From NCBI GenBank assembly GCA_002269645.1, contig NIVC01003101.1:1-64000 (forward strand): a stretch of DNA of 64,000 nucleotides. Reading direction: 5' to 3'. How positions within the stretch are numbered: the first letter of the stretch is position 1; every line of letters begins with the position of its first letter. A model generated the notes under the pieces. It worked only from the letters and a program-made list of their open reading frames with translations. It ran no database searches and was not told where the DNA came from. Below, in pieces: positions 1-11,804 of the stretch. This stretch comes from Macrostomum lignano (Eukaryota). The position numbers were made by a program, and so were the translations under genes.

Positions 1-292
1 AAGGACGATTCTAGGAGGAATTTAGGGGCGATTCTAGAAGGGAATTTAGGGCGATTCTAGAAGGGAATTTAGGGGCGATTCTAGAAGGGAATTTAGGGGC
101 GATTCTAGAAGGGAATTTAGGGGCGATTCTAGAAAGAAATTTAGGGCGATTTTAGAAGGGAATTTAGGGCGACTCTAAAAGGAAATTTAGGGGCGATTTT
201 AGAAGGGAATTTAGAAACGATTCTAGAGGGGAATTTTGAGAATTTTAAAAAAGGAATTTAGGGGCAATTCTAGAAGGGAATTTAGGGGCGAT
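1..292. repeat. ~23-24 bp minisatellite (gaatttaggggcgattctagaagg) in PITP intron 2
   Basis: About 12 imperfect tandem copies visible directly. Confidence 0.9.
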
Positions 293-334
293 TATAGAGA
301 TCTAGAAGGGAGATATGGAGATATGTCCACGCAC

Positions 335-3300
335 TTCTGCAGCTTGTAGATCTTGTACGTGTACTGCCCATTCGCTCGGTTGCCTAGCAGAGGCGTCTTA
401 GGCGGCCACTTGTTGGCCTTGACATCGAAAGGCTCGTTGTGCACCACCATGATGCCCTCGCCGCCGCCAGTCTCCTGCTTGGATGCTTCGGCAACAGAAA
501 AGAGCTGAGCGCAGTGGTACTCCTCCACTGTCATTGGCAGGATAACTCGGCTAGACAAAAAAGTAAAAAAAATTGGCAAATAAGGTCAAGGCAAAAGTCA
601 ATGAGAAATCTGAGAACTAAGCCAGTTGGTCAAAAGGATTTTGTGCACTATCTACTGATTAGGACTGTTTTATAAGACACCTTTTTTAGTCATTGAAGTC
701 CAAATCCATTATCTCTACAAACATATAGTATAGATGTAGTCAGAAAATGACTTTTAATAAAAATTTGACTATTATGAATTCAAATATAAACACTAAAAGA
801 TATTTTATAAACTAAAAATATTTTACATTGCACAAATGTTTAGAAGTGTACAATGTTGAATAAATTTGTTAGAATAAGAGTTCTGCTATAGCTATAGATC
901 TATGGCTATAAGAATTTTTAGATACTGATATTTTTAGACAAAACATATAGATATAGATATGGTTATAGGAATATATACCTCCTATATCTATTTGACATTC
1001 AATAAAAGAGAATTAAAAGACTCAAAGGACCATTGGAACCCTTGATTTTTTAGGAAGGGTAGAGAATAGAAATGAATGAATGTTGCTAATTTTAAAGCTT
1101 TTGTAAAAAGAGGACTTCACATCTCAACAAAGATTTTAACAAAGGATAATACATGATTGTAATCCTAGCTATTCTTAATAAATTAATTAGACCAATTTAT
1201 AAATGATAAGTTAAATTATTTTTATCATTTTAACTTTATCATTATATTACAATAAATGATAGAAAAATTTGCTTATGTTTATATTTATAATATGAATATG
1301 ATAATATAAATATATCTAACAAGTCTAGTTTAAATAGATAGATTTTTTCTATGCAATCACATCATATAAGAATTTCTTGAAATCATACCAGAGCAGATGT
1401 TATCTACAAAAAAGGGATATATTTATATCTGGAAAACAATTTTGAAATATAGCTTTGTTTTATATAAATGAAAATATAGTTTATAGATATTTTGTCTGTT
1501 ATATTTAAACATCTAGTCATAGAAAGGATCTAACTAAAATTAATAAAATGGCTAAATGAATCTAAAGTTAAAACAATTATAAATAATATTCGATATAATG
1601 TTTAATATATCTTAGTATAAATATGGCAGTTGGTATTGTTACAGTGACTATATAATTATAAATATTAAATCGCAAAAAGATTACCTAAAATAAGCTAGGT
1701 TAAGTCAATGACAAGAGCCACTAGAAGCCTTATAATCAATATATAACAGTAGGAATGCCAATCCATTTTTCTGCCTGTCAAACTACCAAGAGGGGGGGGG
1801 GAATTTACCCCTCCCTGACAATTTTTTTGCTGCACCAGAATGGAGCAACACAGCCACACAAAATTTAGGAACACAAGCTAAATTTTTGTTGTGCACCTTC
1901 TCAAACAAAAATCAAGTCGCCAGCCTTCTGGACCATTGAGATATTTGATGATTCTGCCAGAAGGTCAGATTTTTCCAATAAGCTCCAGTGTATTCAATAC
2001 AACCCCTATGTACCAATCAGCACTGCCCCTTAGTGCAGCCTTGCCAAGCCTCTAAATTTCATCAGCACCTCGACCACATGTGTTTGCATCAGCTCTGACT
2101 TTTTTAGTCACTGGCCTTCACCAAGATGGAGCTTCTAGACCTTCAACAGGTGGCACCAGGTGACTATGAATGCCCTGATACAAATTTCTTGAGTTTTGCT
2201 GATCAAGCCTTGACAGTGGGCAAAATTCAACTGCTAGGTATCCTCAGCTATTCTCTCAAGCATTCTGTCATCACCCAGACGCCATCGGCACCTTCAATAG
2301 ATTACACTAGCTGACTATAGATAGTCTGATGCAAATTTTTATAGTTTCTCTGATCAAGCCTTGACAATGGGCAAGCATCAACCGTGGGGCATTCTCAGCT
2401 TGTCTTTCAAGCATTCAGTCATCACCCGGATGCCATCGGCACCTTTAACAGATTACACCAGGTGACTATAGACATCCTATTGCAACTATATCAGGTTTTT
2501 CTTATCAAGCTTCAATATGGGCAAGCCTCAACTGCTAGACATCTTGAGTTATCAGCAACAACTCCAGGCCTAGAAGTTCTTGGCCTTAGTCAGGTCAAGG
2601 CTTTGGTCAAGTCCAAGGCTAAGGCCAAGGCCTTGACCATAAGATGAAATTAGACAAAATGAGAAATGGACAATGAGACAAAACCATAAGCCATATGATT
2701 AGTAGGCAGTTGCTCAAACTAAAAAATTGACTCTAGTCTGCATGAATAAAGTGAGCAAGAGCTCATTGGCATTTGCTTAGAAGTTCTTGCTCCTGAGCTG
2801 TTGCTCAGTAATTTCAGAAATTTTCAAAGTCTAAGCATTTACTTTTGTCAGTATAAATAAAAACTAGACCATAAATAAATTTTAGTACTTTTTACTTAAT
2901 ATTCAGTCTACACAGTAAATTAGCAAGCTTTTTTGTAATTTCTTCTCTTGGCAAACATTTGGTTCAGTTTACAGTTCAATTAACTTATTATATCATCATG
3001 TTTATGTCATCACATTGGGTGATGATAGACTAAGAGTCTAATTGAGAATGACCAAAAGTTAAAATTTGCCTATAATTGATGCTTGTGCAGCTACATTAAA
3101 GAAATTCATAACAGGGTATTCATAGTAACTTGGTGCTACCATGGACAACTAGAGTATTTTAGTTGTCTAAGGGTGCCATCTGTTCAAGGTGCTGACGGCA
3201 TCAGGGTGATGACGGGATGCTTGAAAGACTAGCTGAGGATGTCTAGCAGCTGAGGCTTGCCCACTGTTGAGGCTTGATCAGCAAAACTCAAGAAATTTTT

Positions 3301-4468
3301 ATTAGACACTTATAGTCACCTGGTATAATCTGTTGAAGGTGCCGATGGCATCGGGGTGATGACTGAATGCTTGAGAGACTAGCTAAGAATGTCAAATAGT
3401 TGAGGCTTGCCTATTATCAAAGCTTGATAAGAAAAACCTAACATAGTTAGAATAGGATGTCCATAGTCACCTAGTATAATCTATTGAAGGTGTCAATGGG
3501 CAATGGCATAGGGGTGATGACTGAATGTTTGAGAGTCCAGCTGAGGATACCCAGCAGTTGAGTTTTGCATATTGTCAAGACTTGATCAGCAAAACTTGAG
3601 AAAAAAATAGTATCAGGGTGTCTATAGTCATTTGGTACCACCTGTTGAAGGTCCAGAAGCTCTGCCTGGCTAAAGGCCAGGTACCAATGAAGTCAGAGCT
3701 GATACAGACATATGTGGTTGATGTGCTGATAAAATTTGGAGACTTGACAAAGCTGCACTAAGGCACAATGCTGATTGGTACATAGGGATATACTAAATAC
3801 ACTGGCGCTATAGGAAAAATCCAACCTGGCAGAATCATCAAATATATTGATGGTCTAAAGGGCTGGAAACTTGATTCTTGTTTTAAAAGGTACACAACAA
3901 AAAGTTAACTTGTGTTCTTGAATTTCATGCACCTGTGTTGCTCCACTCTGGTGCAGCAAAAAAATTGTTGAACTCCCCCTCTTGGTAGTTCTACCATTAA
4001 TGTCATAAATAAATCATAGATAAATTTGTAATTTTGTCATTGAATTTTTCTTGTTTTTTTAATTTAATTATCTCTTATTAGTTTATTTGCATTGCAAGTT
4101 TGTTATTTAATTTAGATAATATTTGTTTTATATGCTGACCATAAAAATAACCATCTTGCTATTTATGGTCCTTTTAACAATAACAACTGCCTTTAAATAT
4201 ATTTTTAACTTATATTACTCACATTTTTAGTTAGATAATGCTTATTCCAATCAAGCATTGATTAAAACTAAGCCTAAGGCCTAATAAAAAGTTCTTACCT
4301 AATGATTTTTAGGAAAAAACTTTATTTGTGGCAAATTTTTAGACATGATACTAAAAAGCATAAAAGATTAAATAAAGCCAATGTCAATGACATGCAGATT
4401 AGGAATATGTCTAGTACAATCAAGACAAAAACAAATTAAAAAATTACTTACTATTCCTTAATTAACAT
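335..4468 (-). CDS. PITPN: Phosphatidylinositol transfer protein (class I PITP alpha/beta-like), first two coding exons; gene continues off the left edge
   Basis: Exon1 4468-4452 ATG TTA ATT AAG GAA TA|gtaagt (MLIKEY). Exon2 550-335 after a ttttgtctag acceptor: C+[33 protein letters not shown]...[13 protein letters not shown]|gtgcgt. Phases match (2/2). The EASKxETGGGEG and GQYTxKIY motifs are PITP signatures. Confidence 0.93.
1781..3990. mobile_element. Decayed foldback / non-autonomous DNA transposon with ~850 bp diverged inverted arms in PITP intron 1
   Basis: 1781 aactaccaagagggggg is the reverse complement of 3972-3990 actccccctcttggtagtt. Arms ~1781-2640 and ~3150-3990 align along their length and each contains ~165-bp internal subrepeats. 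No coding capacity. Confidence 0.85.
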
Positions 4469-5997
4469 GATTCTTGTACCGGTCTAAGATAGTTGTCAGT
4501 TTTTTTAAATACAGAAGTTCGGAAAAGAAAAATTTAAATAAGAAGGTAGACGAGTATTTGGGAGTAATAATGACTAGTGTTCTTGACTAGTGTAGTCACT
4601 AAAAAGGCAATTGCAAAATAAAATTAATATTAATCGGCCTATTTCAAAACAGTAATAATAAATCAATTGTGTATAATATCTCACTAAAATACTAATTTTA
4701 AAGTATGATCCCAATAACAATACAATATAAAATACAGTACCCACTAAAGTCAGGCTAATCGTGTCCAGCGAAGCAAGAAGAGAACTGCAGTGAGCAATGA
4801 GAAGTTAAAATAACAAAAAGAAGCTTTTTTGAATAACGATATTAAAGCAAGATTAAGAAAGTCTAAAAAAAAATACAACGTGCTTCAGACTTTTTTAAAT
4901 AAATAACTAAGCGTTAACATTAACTATTAGGACTATAATAAGAAGCATATATTTTAAAAAGTTCTGCTAGCCTTGATATTATCAATAAAATATATTTGAT
5001 TTCGTAAAAATCGACGAGATATTTTTAGCGGCGCCCGCAAACTGCTGTTTAACTATTCTAACCCTACACTGGCTACAGTTTAGCTAGTGGAGCCTGGTTT
5101 TCTATGTCGTGGGTTTATCAATGTGTTTTGTGTGCTTAATTTTTTAAGTGCTTTTATAAAACTTCAGTCTATACTTTTCTATTTAGATCAATTTTTATTA
5201 CCAGCAGCATTGTACTTCAAAAAATCTTAAAATAGGCCTAGTATATCTCTATAGAGAAGCTACTCACCATCAAAATTGTAACAAGTTTTGTATGTAATGT
5301 CAATTAGTAAAAATCTATTGCAAAAGGCTCCTTTCTATGTCATATGTGTTACACCTATTATGCTTTTGTGGTGCAGCTAGAGGAATGTTTTTTTAAATAT
5401 TTTAGAAAGCAATACATATTTTTTTACCTGAAAAATGTTTCTTCTATGAAAACTATCACTTTTTTCTCTAACATTTTCTTTAGGCTTAATGTAAATTATG
5501 CATGTAAATTAAATTATGTAAAAAAACTTTCAAATTAAAGCAGTATGCAATGAATGCCTGCAGGCTTATAGGCAAAGTATTGAATTTTTGTATTTTCACT
5601 AATATACTCATAATTTTTAGGGATGTTTGAAGAAAATCGCTTGAGGGCTTTTTTCTCTAACCAATCACATAGATGTATAAGCACAGACAGACCATTTTTA
5701 GTATATAGATTATGAAAGTGAAAGCTTTTTAAAATAAAAAAATACATTAAAATTCTGAAACTGAACTTTTAGTTTATTTTCTATACTCTTCACTATAGGG
5801 CCTATATTGACATGCAAAAGCTTCTCTAATACATTGCTAACAAATTTAAAGATTGGTGCTCTTTTTAATGCCAAACCAGTATACACAATTCGTGAAAAGA
5901 CTCTGAATGACCATCAGTGACATGCCATTTAGTTGCTTTGTCAGATAGATGTCAAATTCTTCAAAAAGACTTGAACCTGAACCACTGCAGCTGACAA

Positions 5998-7821
5998 ATG
6001 GGCAACGAACTGAGCGCGCCCATTCGATCAACTCCCGAGAGTCTGTTCTCCATCACCATGCGCTCATCCAATCAGCTGTTGGTGCTGAACGCGGGCAGCG
6101 AGCTGGGCCGGCAGCTGAACAGCCTCGTCAACAAAGAGTATGACAATGGCGTCAAGCACGAGTCCGCCTACCCGCACGACCTGCGCATCTTCCACCTCAA
6201 CGATGCGCCGTTCCACGCCGACAGCGGCCAGGAGGCCGGCGTGGCCGCCAAGCGGCTTCTCTGTGTCCTGCTGCGCCACCTGCTGTCGACCGGCTTCCAG
6301 CCTGTGGTGGCCACCGACCTCTGTCGCAAGTACGAGGTATCCTCGCTGTGCTTTGCCACCGGCTCAGCGGCCGGTGCCGCCGCTGCCGCATCCGCCGCTC
6401 CTCCGTGCGACGGTCCGGTCGCCTGCGTGGCATTCAGTGACGGCTGCCTGCTGCAGCTTATCGAATGCGACAACCCGCTGATTCAGGCCATCCAACGCTG
6501 CGTCCAGGCAAGTCATCTGGCCTGCTCTGATTGATGCAGCTCCCCAGCTCTGGTTTGGCCTCTGTGTTTCCCATTCTGGTGCTCTGCTGTTCTAAATTCT
6601 TCGAATGGTCGCTTCAAATTTTTGAGCTCATCAGCGGCTCAACCGCTTCATCCTGATCTCCTCAGTGGGTCAACCGCTTCATCTTGAGCTTCTCGTTGGG
6701 TCAACCGCTTCATCTTGAGCTTCTCGGTGGGTCAACCGCTTCATCTTGAGCTTCTTAGTGGATCAACCGCTTCATCCTGATCTCCTCAGTGCATGGGTCA
6801 ACCGCTTCATCCTGATCTCCCCAGTGGGTCAACCGCTTCATCTTGAGCTTCTCGTTGGGTCAACCGCTTCATCTTGAGCTTCTCGTTGGGTCAACCGCTT
6901 CATCTTGAGCTTCTTAGTGGATCAACCGCTTCATCCTGATCTCCTCAGTGCATGGGTCAACCGCTTCATCCTGATCTCCCCAGTGGGTCAACCGCTTCAT
7001 CTTGAGCTTCTCGTTGGGTCAACCGCTTCATCTTGAGCTTCTTAGTGGGTCAACCGCTTCATCCTGAGCTCCTTGGTGGATCAACCGCTTCATCCTGATC
7101 TCCTCAGTGCATGGGTCAACCGCTTCATCCTGATCTCCTCAGTGCATGGGTCAACCGCTTCATCTTGAGCTTCTTAGTGGGTCAACCGCTTCATCTTGAG
7201 CTTCTTAGTAGGCCAACCGCTTTATCCTGAGCTCCTCAGTGGGTCAACCGCTTCATCCTGATCTCCTCAGTGGATCAACCGCTTCATCCTGATGTCCTCA
7301 GTGGGTCAACCGCTTCATCTTGAGCTCATCAGTGGGTCAACCGCTTCATCCTGATCTCCTCAGTGGATCAACCGCTTCATCCTGATGTCCTCAGTGGGTC
7401 AACCGCTTCTTCTAGGAACTCCCAAGTCCCCCTAGTCGCCAGAGACTCTGTACTCATTGCCATTAAACATTCACCTGGCCGCAGGCTCTGTGGCCCAACT
7501 GCCGCATCTGCACGGAGGGCTGCTACCAGTTCGAGCTGGACGGCGCGCCCTGGACTGCCGTCATCGGTGACGTGTCAGCCAGGGCTCGGCAGCTGCTGGT
7601 GCAGATCGTCCGGGAAGCCACCGGCCTCGGCTGGCAGCTGCTGCTGGCCACGCACACCAAGGACACCGACTGCTGCCTGTTCTTCCAGCACGTGGCTGAG
7701 AAGGTTGAGCTGCCGCAGCCGTTCCTCACCAATCAGACGTTCGCTGTTAGCCTGAAGGGCAAAGATATGCTGACTGTGATTGGCGCGCAGACTAACACAC
7801 AGGAGTACATCATTCATAAGG

Positions 7822-7861
<40 letters not shown>

Positions 7862-8719
7862 CACCTGTCTCTAACTCTTGCCCCCCCCTCCTCAAAGGTG
7901 TCGCAGCTGTGGCGGCCGGGAGTGTCCCGCAGCGGTGTCACGGGCGGCAGCGCTGACTGCAGCTTCATGGCGCTGCAGCTGAAGGGCAGCCCGTGGTACT
8001 GCATCGGGGAGGAGAGCGCGCACGCCAGGCTGCTGGTGATGGGGCTGCTGGCCGCCCTGCGCAGCAAGGGCTGGCGACTGCTGAGCGCTGTGGAGCTGGC
8101 TCGCCGGTCCAACGACAAGGTGAGAGCTGCAGAGCGTAGAGTGCCTGGGGTGCTTTCAAAGGAGTTTTGGGATTGTAACGTAGGAGATGGTGAAGTTTTT
8201 GGGTTCATTTGGGGTTGAAAACTTTGGGGATTGTGGAACTTCCCTGAGAGGATCATATTTTCCCAACGCTCCCGCGCCCCTCAGGCCACGCTGGTGTTCG
8301 TGCGCGGTCCCTGCGAGGAGCGGCCGCACTGCTGCGTGGCTCCGGTCAGCGCCAACCGGCTGTGGCTGCTGCAGGTGCCGTCAGACCTTCAGCAGGCCAC
8401 CACGGAGCTGGTGAAGCAGAGCTACCAGTTCGGCGTGGAGGAGACTCGCGAGCGGCCGTCTTACTTGGAGCTGCGGCTGCGCCAGTCGCCTTGGGGCAGC
8501 GGCAAGAGCGGCATGGCCGGCCACGGCAGGCAGCTGATGCTGTGCGTGCTGGACCTCTTCATGCGGCGCGGCTGGCTGCCCGTCTGCTCCGTGGACGTGT
8601 CCTCGACATTCCACGACGACGACGACAGCTCGTACCCGCTGGACGTGCACAGCTGGTGGTTTGCCGGGCCGGCGGCGGCCACCCCCAGAGCTTCGAATTC
8701 GTTCAAGGGCCTGGCCTGA
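5998..8719 (+). CDS. Uncharacterized ~500 aa protein with four tandem ~100-aa alpha/beta repeats and an N-myristoylation motif
   Basis: Exons 5998-6507 (CAG|gcaagt GC donor), 7485-7820, 7898-8119, 8285-8719, all phase 0, GC3-rich codons. Starts MGNELS. Each repeat has a LxGxPW...ARxL...GW-like core (LNDAPF/GF, LDGAPW/GW, LKGSPW/GW, LRQSPW/GW). Confidence 0.88.
6630..7410. repeat. ~31 bp intronic minisatellite (gggtcaaccgcttcatcttgagcttctcagt)
   Basis: About 24 imperfect tandem copies filling intron 1 of the four-repeat gene. Confidence 0.92.
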
Positions 8720-9008
8720 GCTGCGCTGAGCCTCCGGTGCTTCAGCGGCTTATCTCTCACTCTGTCACTCCCGTTCTCTAATCTGGCGGCGCTTATCTGT
8801 AAACAAGCGCAGCGCTTTTCAACTGGCCGGAGCCATCTGGAGTTTTTTTATCGATTCGCGATTGACTTGTAAATCAGATGCAGTTTGCCAGGCCGCTCTG
8901 AATTTCAGATTGGTTGCTAACGCTTGCGGCTCTGGTACTGAATTATTTAAACCAGATTCTAAGGACTTTACAGCTCTACGATTGTGGATAAGAAATTCGA
9001 GGGTTCAT

Positions 9009-9592
9009 AATAGCATGGATTGCTAATCTAGCCTATCACGGGTGCAGGAATAGAATGGATTGCTAATCTAGCCTATCATGGGTGCAGGAATAGCATGGAT
9101 TGCTAATCTAGCCTATCATGGATGCAGGAATAGAATGGATTGCTAATCTAGCCTATCATGGGTGCAGGAATAGAATGGATTGCTAATCTAGCCTATCATG
9201 GGTGCAGGAATAGCATGGATTGCTAATCTAGCCTATCATGGGTGCAGGAATAGAATGGATTGCTAATCTAGCCTATCACGGGTGCAGGAATAGCATGGAT
9301 TGCTAATCTAGCCTATCATGGGTGCAGGAATAGCATGGATTGCTAATCTAGCCTATCATGGGTGCAGGAATAGAATGGATTGCTAATCTAGCCTATCACG
9401 GGTGCAGGAATAGAATGGATTGCTAATCTAGCCTATCATGGATGCAGGAATAGAATGGATTGCTAATCTGGCCTATCATGGATGCAGGAATAGAATGGAT
9501 TGCTAATCTAGCCTATCATGGATGCAGGAATAGAATGGATTGCTAATCTAGCCTATCATGGGTGCAGGAATAGAATGGATTGCTAATCAAAG
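9009..9592. repeat. 40 bp minisatellite (aatagaatggattgctaatctagcctatcatgggtgcagg)
   Basis: About 14.5 near-identical head-to-tail copies with no spacers. Confidence 0.95.
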
Positions 9593-11007
9593 CGAATCAT
9601 GAATGCATAGTAATTTTCAACATTTTGTAGTAATTTTTGAGCTCCACATTTATAAATTTGTTAATGTTTAATCGGAACAGTGCAATAGCAGGCCTCGTCT
9701 CGTGCAATTTTTATTTCAGAATTCTGTTTTTGCATCGTTTTGTAAGCTGCGTTAACTCGGAACCGGGCCCTGCTCGGGCGATTCTGAAGTAGCACTTTTA
9801 AGCCAGTGCCAAGCCGTGTTACCCTGGTTGCAATACGCGTACTGCTGATAAGCGGGAGAGTTTTCTATTTGCTTGTTTGCTTTTGTTATAGTCAGCAATG
9901 TTTTTAAGTTTTTCTGTTGCTATATTAGCTTTAGAGCGGCGAGCTTTTCTTAGAAATCCACATTTTCTACAATAAGATTAGAATTACAAAACTTTCTAGT
10001 GCCCTTTTTGGATTTAACAGTCGCATTATATGCAGTTGTGATAAATTGGCGACATCTAAAACTGTGGCAATTAAATCTTGTATCTTGTTTAAGCCTTCAG
10101 CCTATTTCCTTCTACATTTGTGTATGCTTACCTCTTTTTTGTTTGTTCTCTTTCACCTTTCAGTATTTGCCGTGTGCTATGTTTCTTTTGATCTTTTAAT
10201 CGCTTTTATCAACAGGGTTGATCGAATCGGAGAGAGGCGGGCACGGATTTGTTTGAATCAAATATTGGACTGTTGTCTTTTTTAAGATAGCATCGAACAT
10301 TGAATTTAAACAAATCCGAATTTCCAGGTTCGAATTTCTGAAAACTTTGACGATCTTTTTTACGCCGAGTTGACTGAAAAGTTAAACCTGCTGTAAATAT
10401 ATACACGTCAAGACCAAGGACCACTGTAGTATAACAACGTAAAACTGAAACATTTTTCATCACAAAATCAATGATTGCATTTGATCTGGGCCAGTGAAGA
10501 TTAGCATTGTCTCAATTTTGCATACACAACACGTTACTCTGTTGTATTTTATATAGTTGTGCATGCAGTGATGCTTTCATTTTCATACCATTTTCGTTTT
10601 ATTTCATCAGACTAAGCTAAAGTTGTAAATACTCACAAGTGAATTGTAATGCTTTGTTAATTCTTGAAGCAAGTAGGCAATATATTTTAAGAATACTTTT
10701 GTATGTAGGTAATCCTAACTAATGTTTAGGCCTTGGCTTTAAAATTCATAACTTCATGAAAATATAAGGATATTTGGTAAAATAATTTCTACATTTAATT
10801 ATTTAGGCAGGTCTAGAAATGGCTAATAATATACATTTAAATGATATTGTACCTACAATAATGGCTTTTAAGAATACATGCATGCAGAAAGGAACAAGGA
10901 AGGGAAAGCCAAAAAATCGCTTGTGAGCATTCACTACTCGTACTTTAGCTTGGGCTTATGGAATGGAAAGAAAACAATATGAAAATGAAATCTTTACTAC
11001 ACAACTA

Positions 11008-11804
11008 TGAGGGGTGTCCCTCAGAGTCATGGACCCTAACATTCACTCTACAGAAGGGCGCAGACACGCAATTTTTTACACTTTGGAGTCTTCGTCTCTT
11101 GGTCAGAAATGCCCTGAAATTCACGAAAACCTGACCCACATTCACGGTCCCGACTCCAGATGCCATCAGTCGACGAACAGTTTACAGGTGGATCGAACAG
11201 TTCGAGGCTGGCCGGCAGTGTGTTGCCAACTTACCCAAATGTTAGGGTCCATGACTGGAACAAATCTTTCAGATGCTGTCTTGCAACTCTGTGCTTGATC
11301 AGCTCAGCACTATGCGATGTGTATTTCTATGGCCAAGGGTATGCGAACAAATGCATGCTGCATACAGCAGGAAGCACTTATAAAAATCGGACTTTCGTGG
11401 CATGAAAGCTGAAATAAGCCGCCAACTTTTAAGGCATATGATTTTTTAAACACACATTAATATTGGTTTTGTCAGCCTAACTGAGAATAAAGCCATCCAA
11501 AGTGAGAATCCTGCCTACGCTGACTGCGAAGGGCCTGGCTGCGTCCAGCCTGGTCTGTGAGCCATAGACTGTAAAGGACAAGCAAAGTTTTAAAAAGACC
11601 AATCGATTCTCACATTGGATGGCTTTTTATCACTTTGCTTGTCCTTTATAGTCTATGGCCCATAGACTAGGGCTGCACGCAGCCGGGCCCTTCGCGGTCG
11701 GCGTAGGCAGGATTCTCACTTTGGGTGGCTTTATTCTCAGTTAGGCTGACAAAAGCAATACTTGTGGAAGCAAGCAAAAGTGACTACTTCTGGGACACCC
11801 CTCG
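11008..11804. mobile_element. Non-autonomous Tc1/mariner-type element
   Basis: TA|tgaggggtgtccc ... gggacacccctcg|TA. YGAGGGG-type TIR with TA target duplication, 797 bp, no transposase ORF. Confidence 0.75.
11461..11760. mobile_element. ~300 bp near-perfect palindromic MITE nested in the mariner relic
   Basis: tattggttttgtcagcctaactgagaataaagcc... pairs with ...ggctttattctcagttaggctgacaaaagcaata. Inner ccatagactgtaaaggacaagcaaagt / actttgcttgtcctttatagtctatgg hairpin. Confidence 0.85.
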
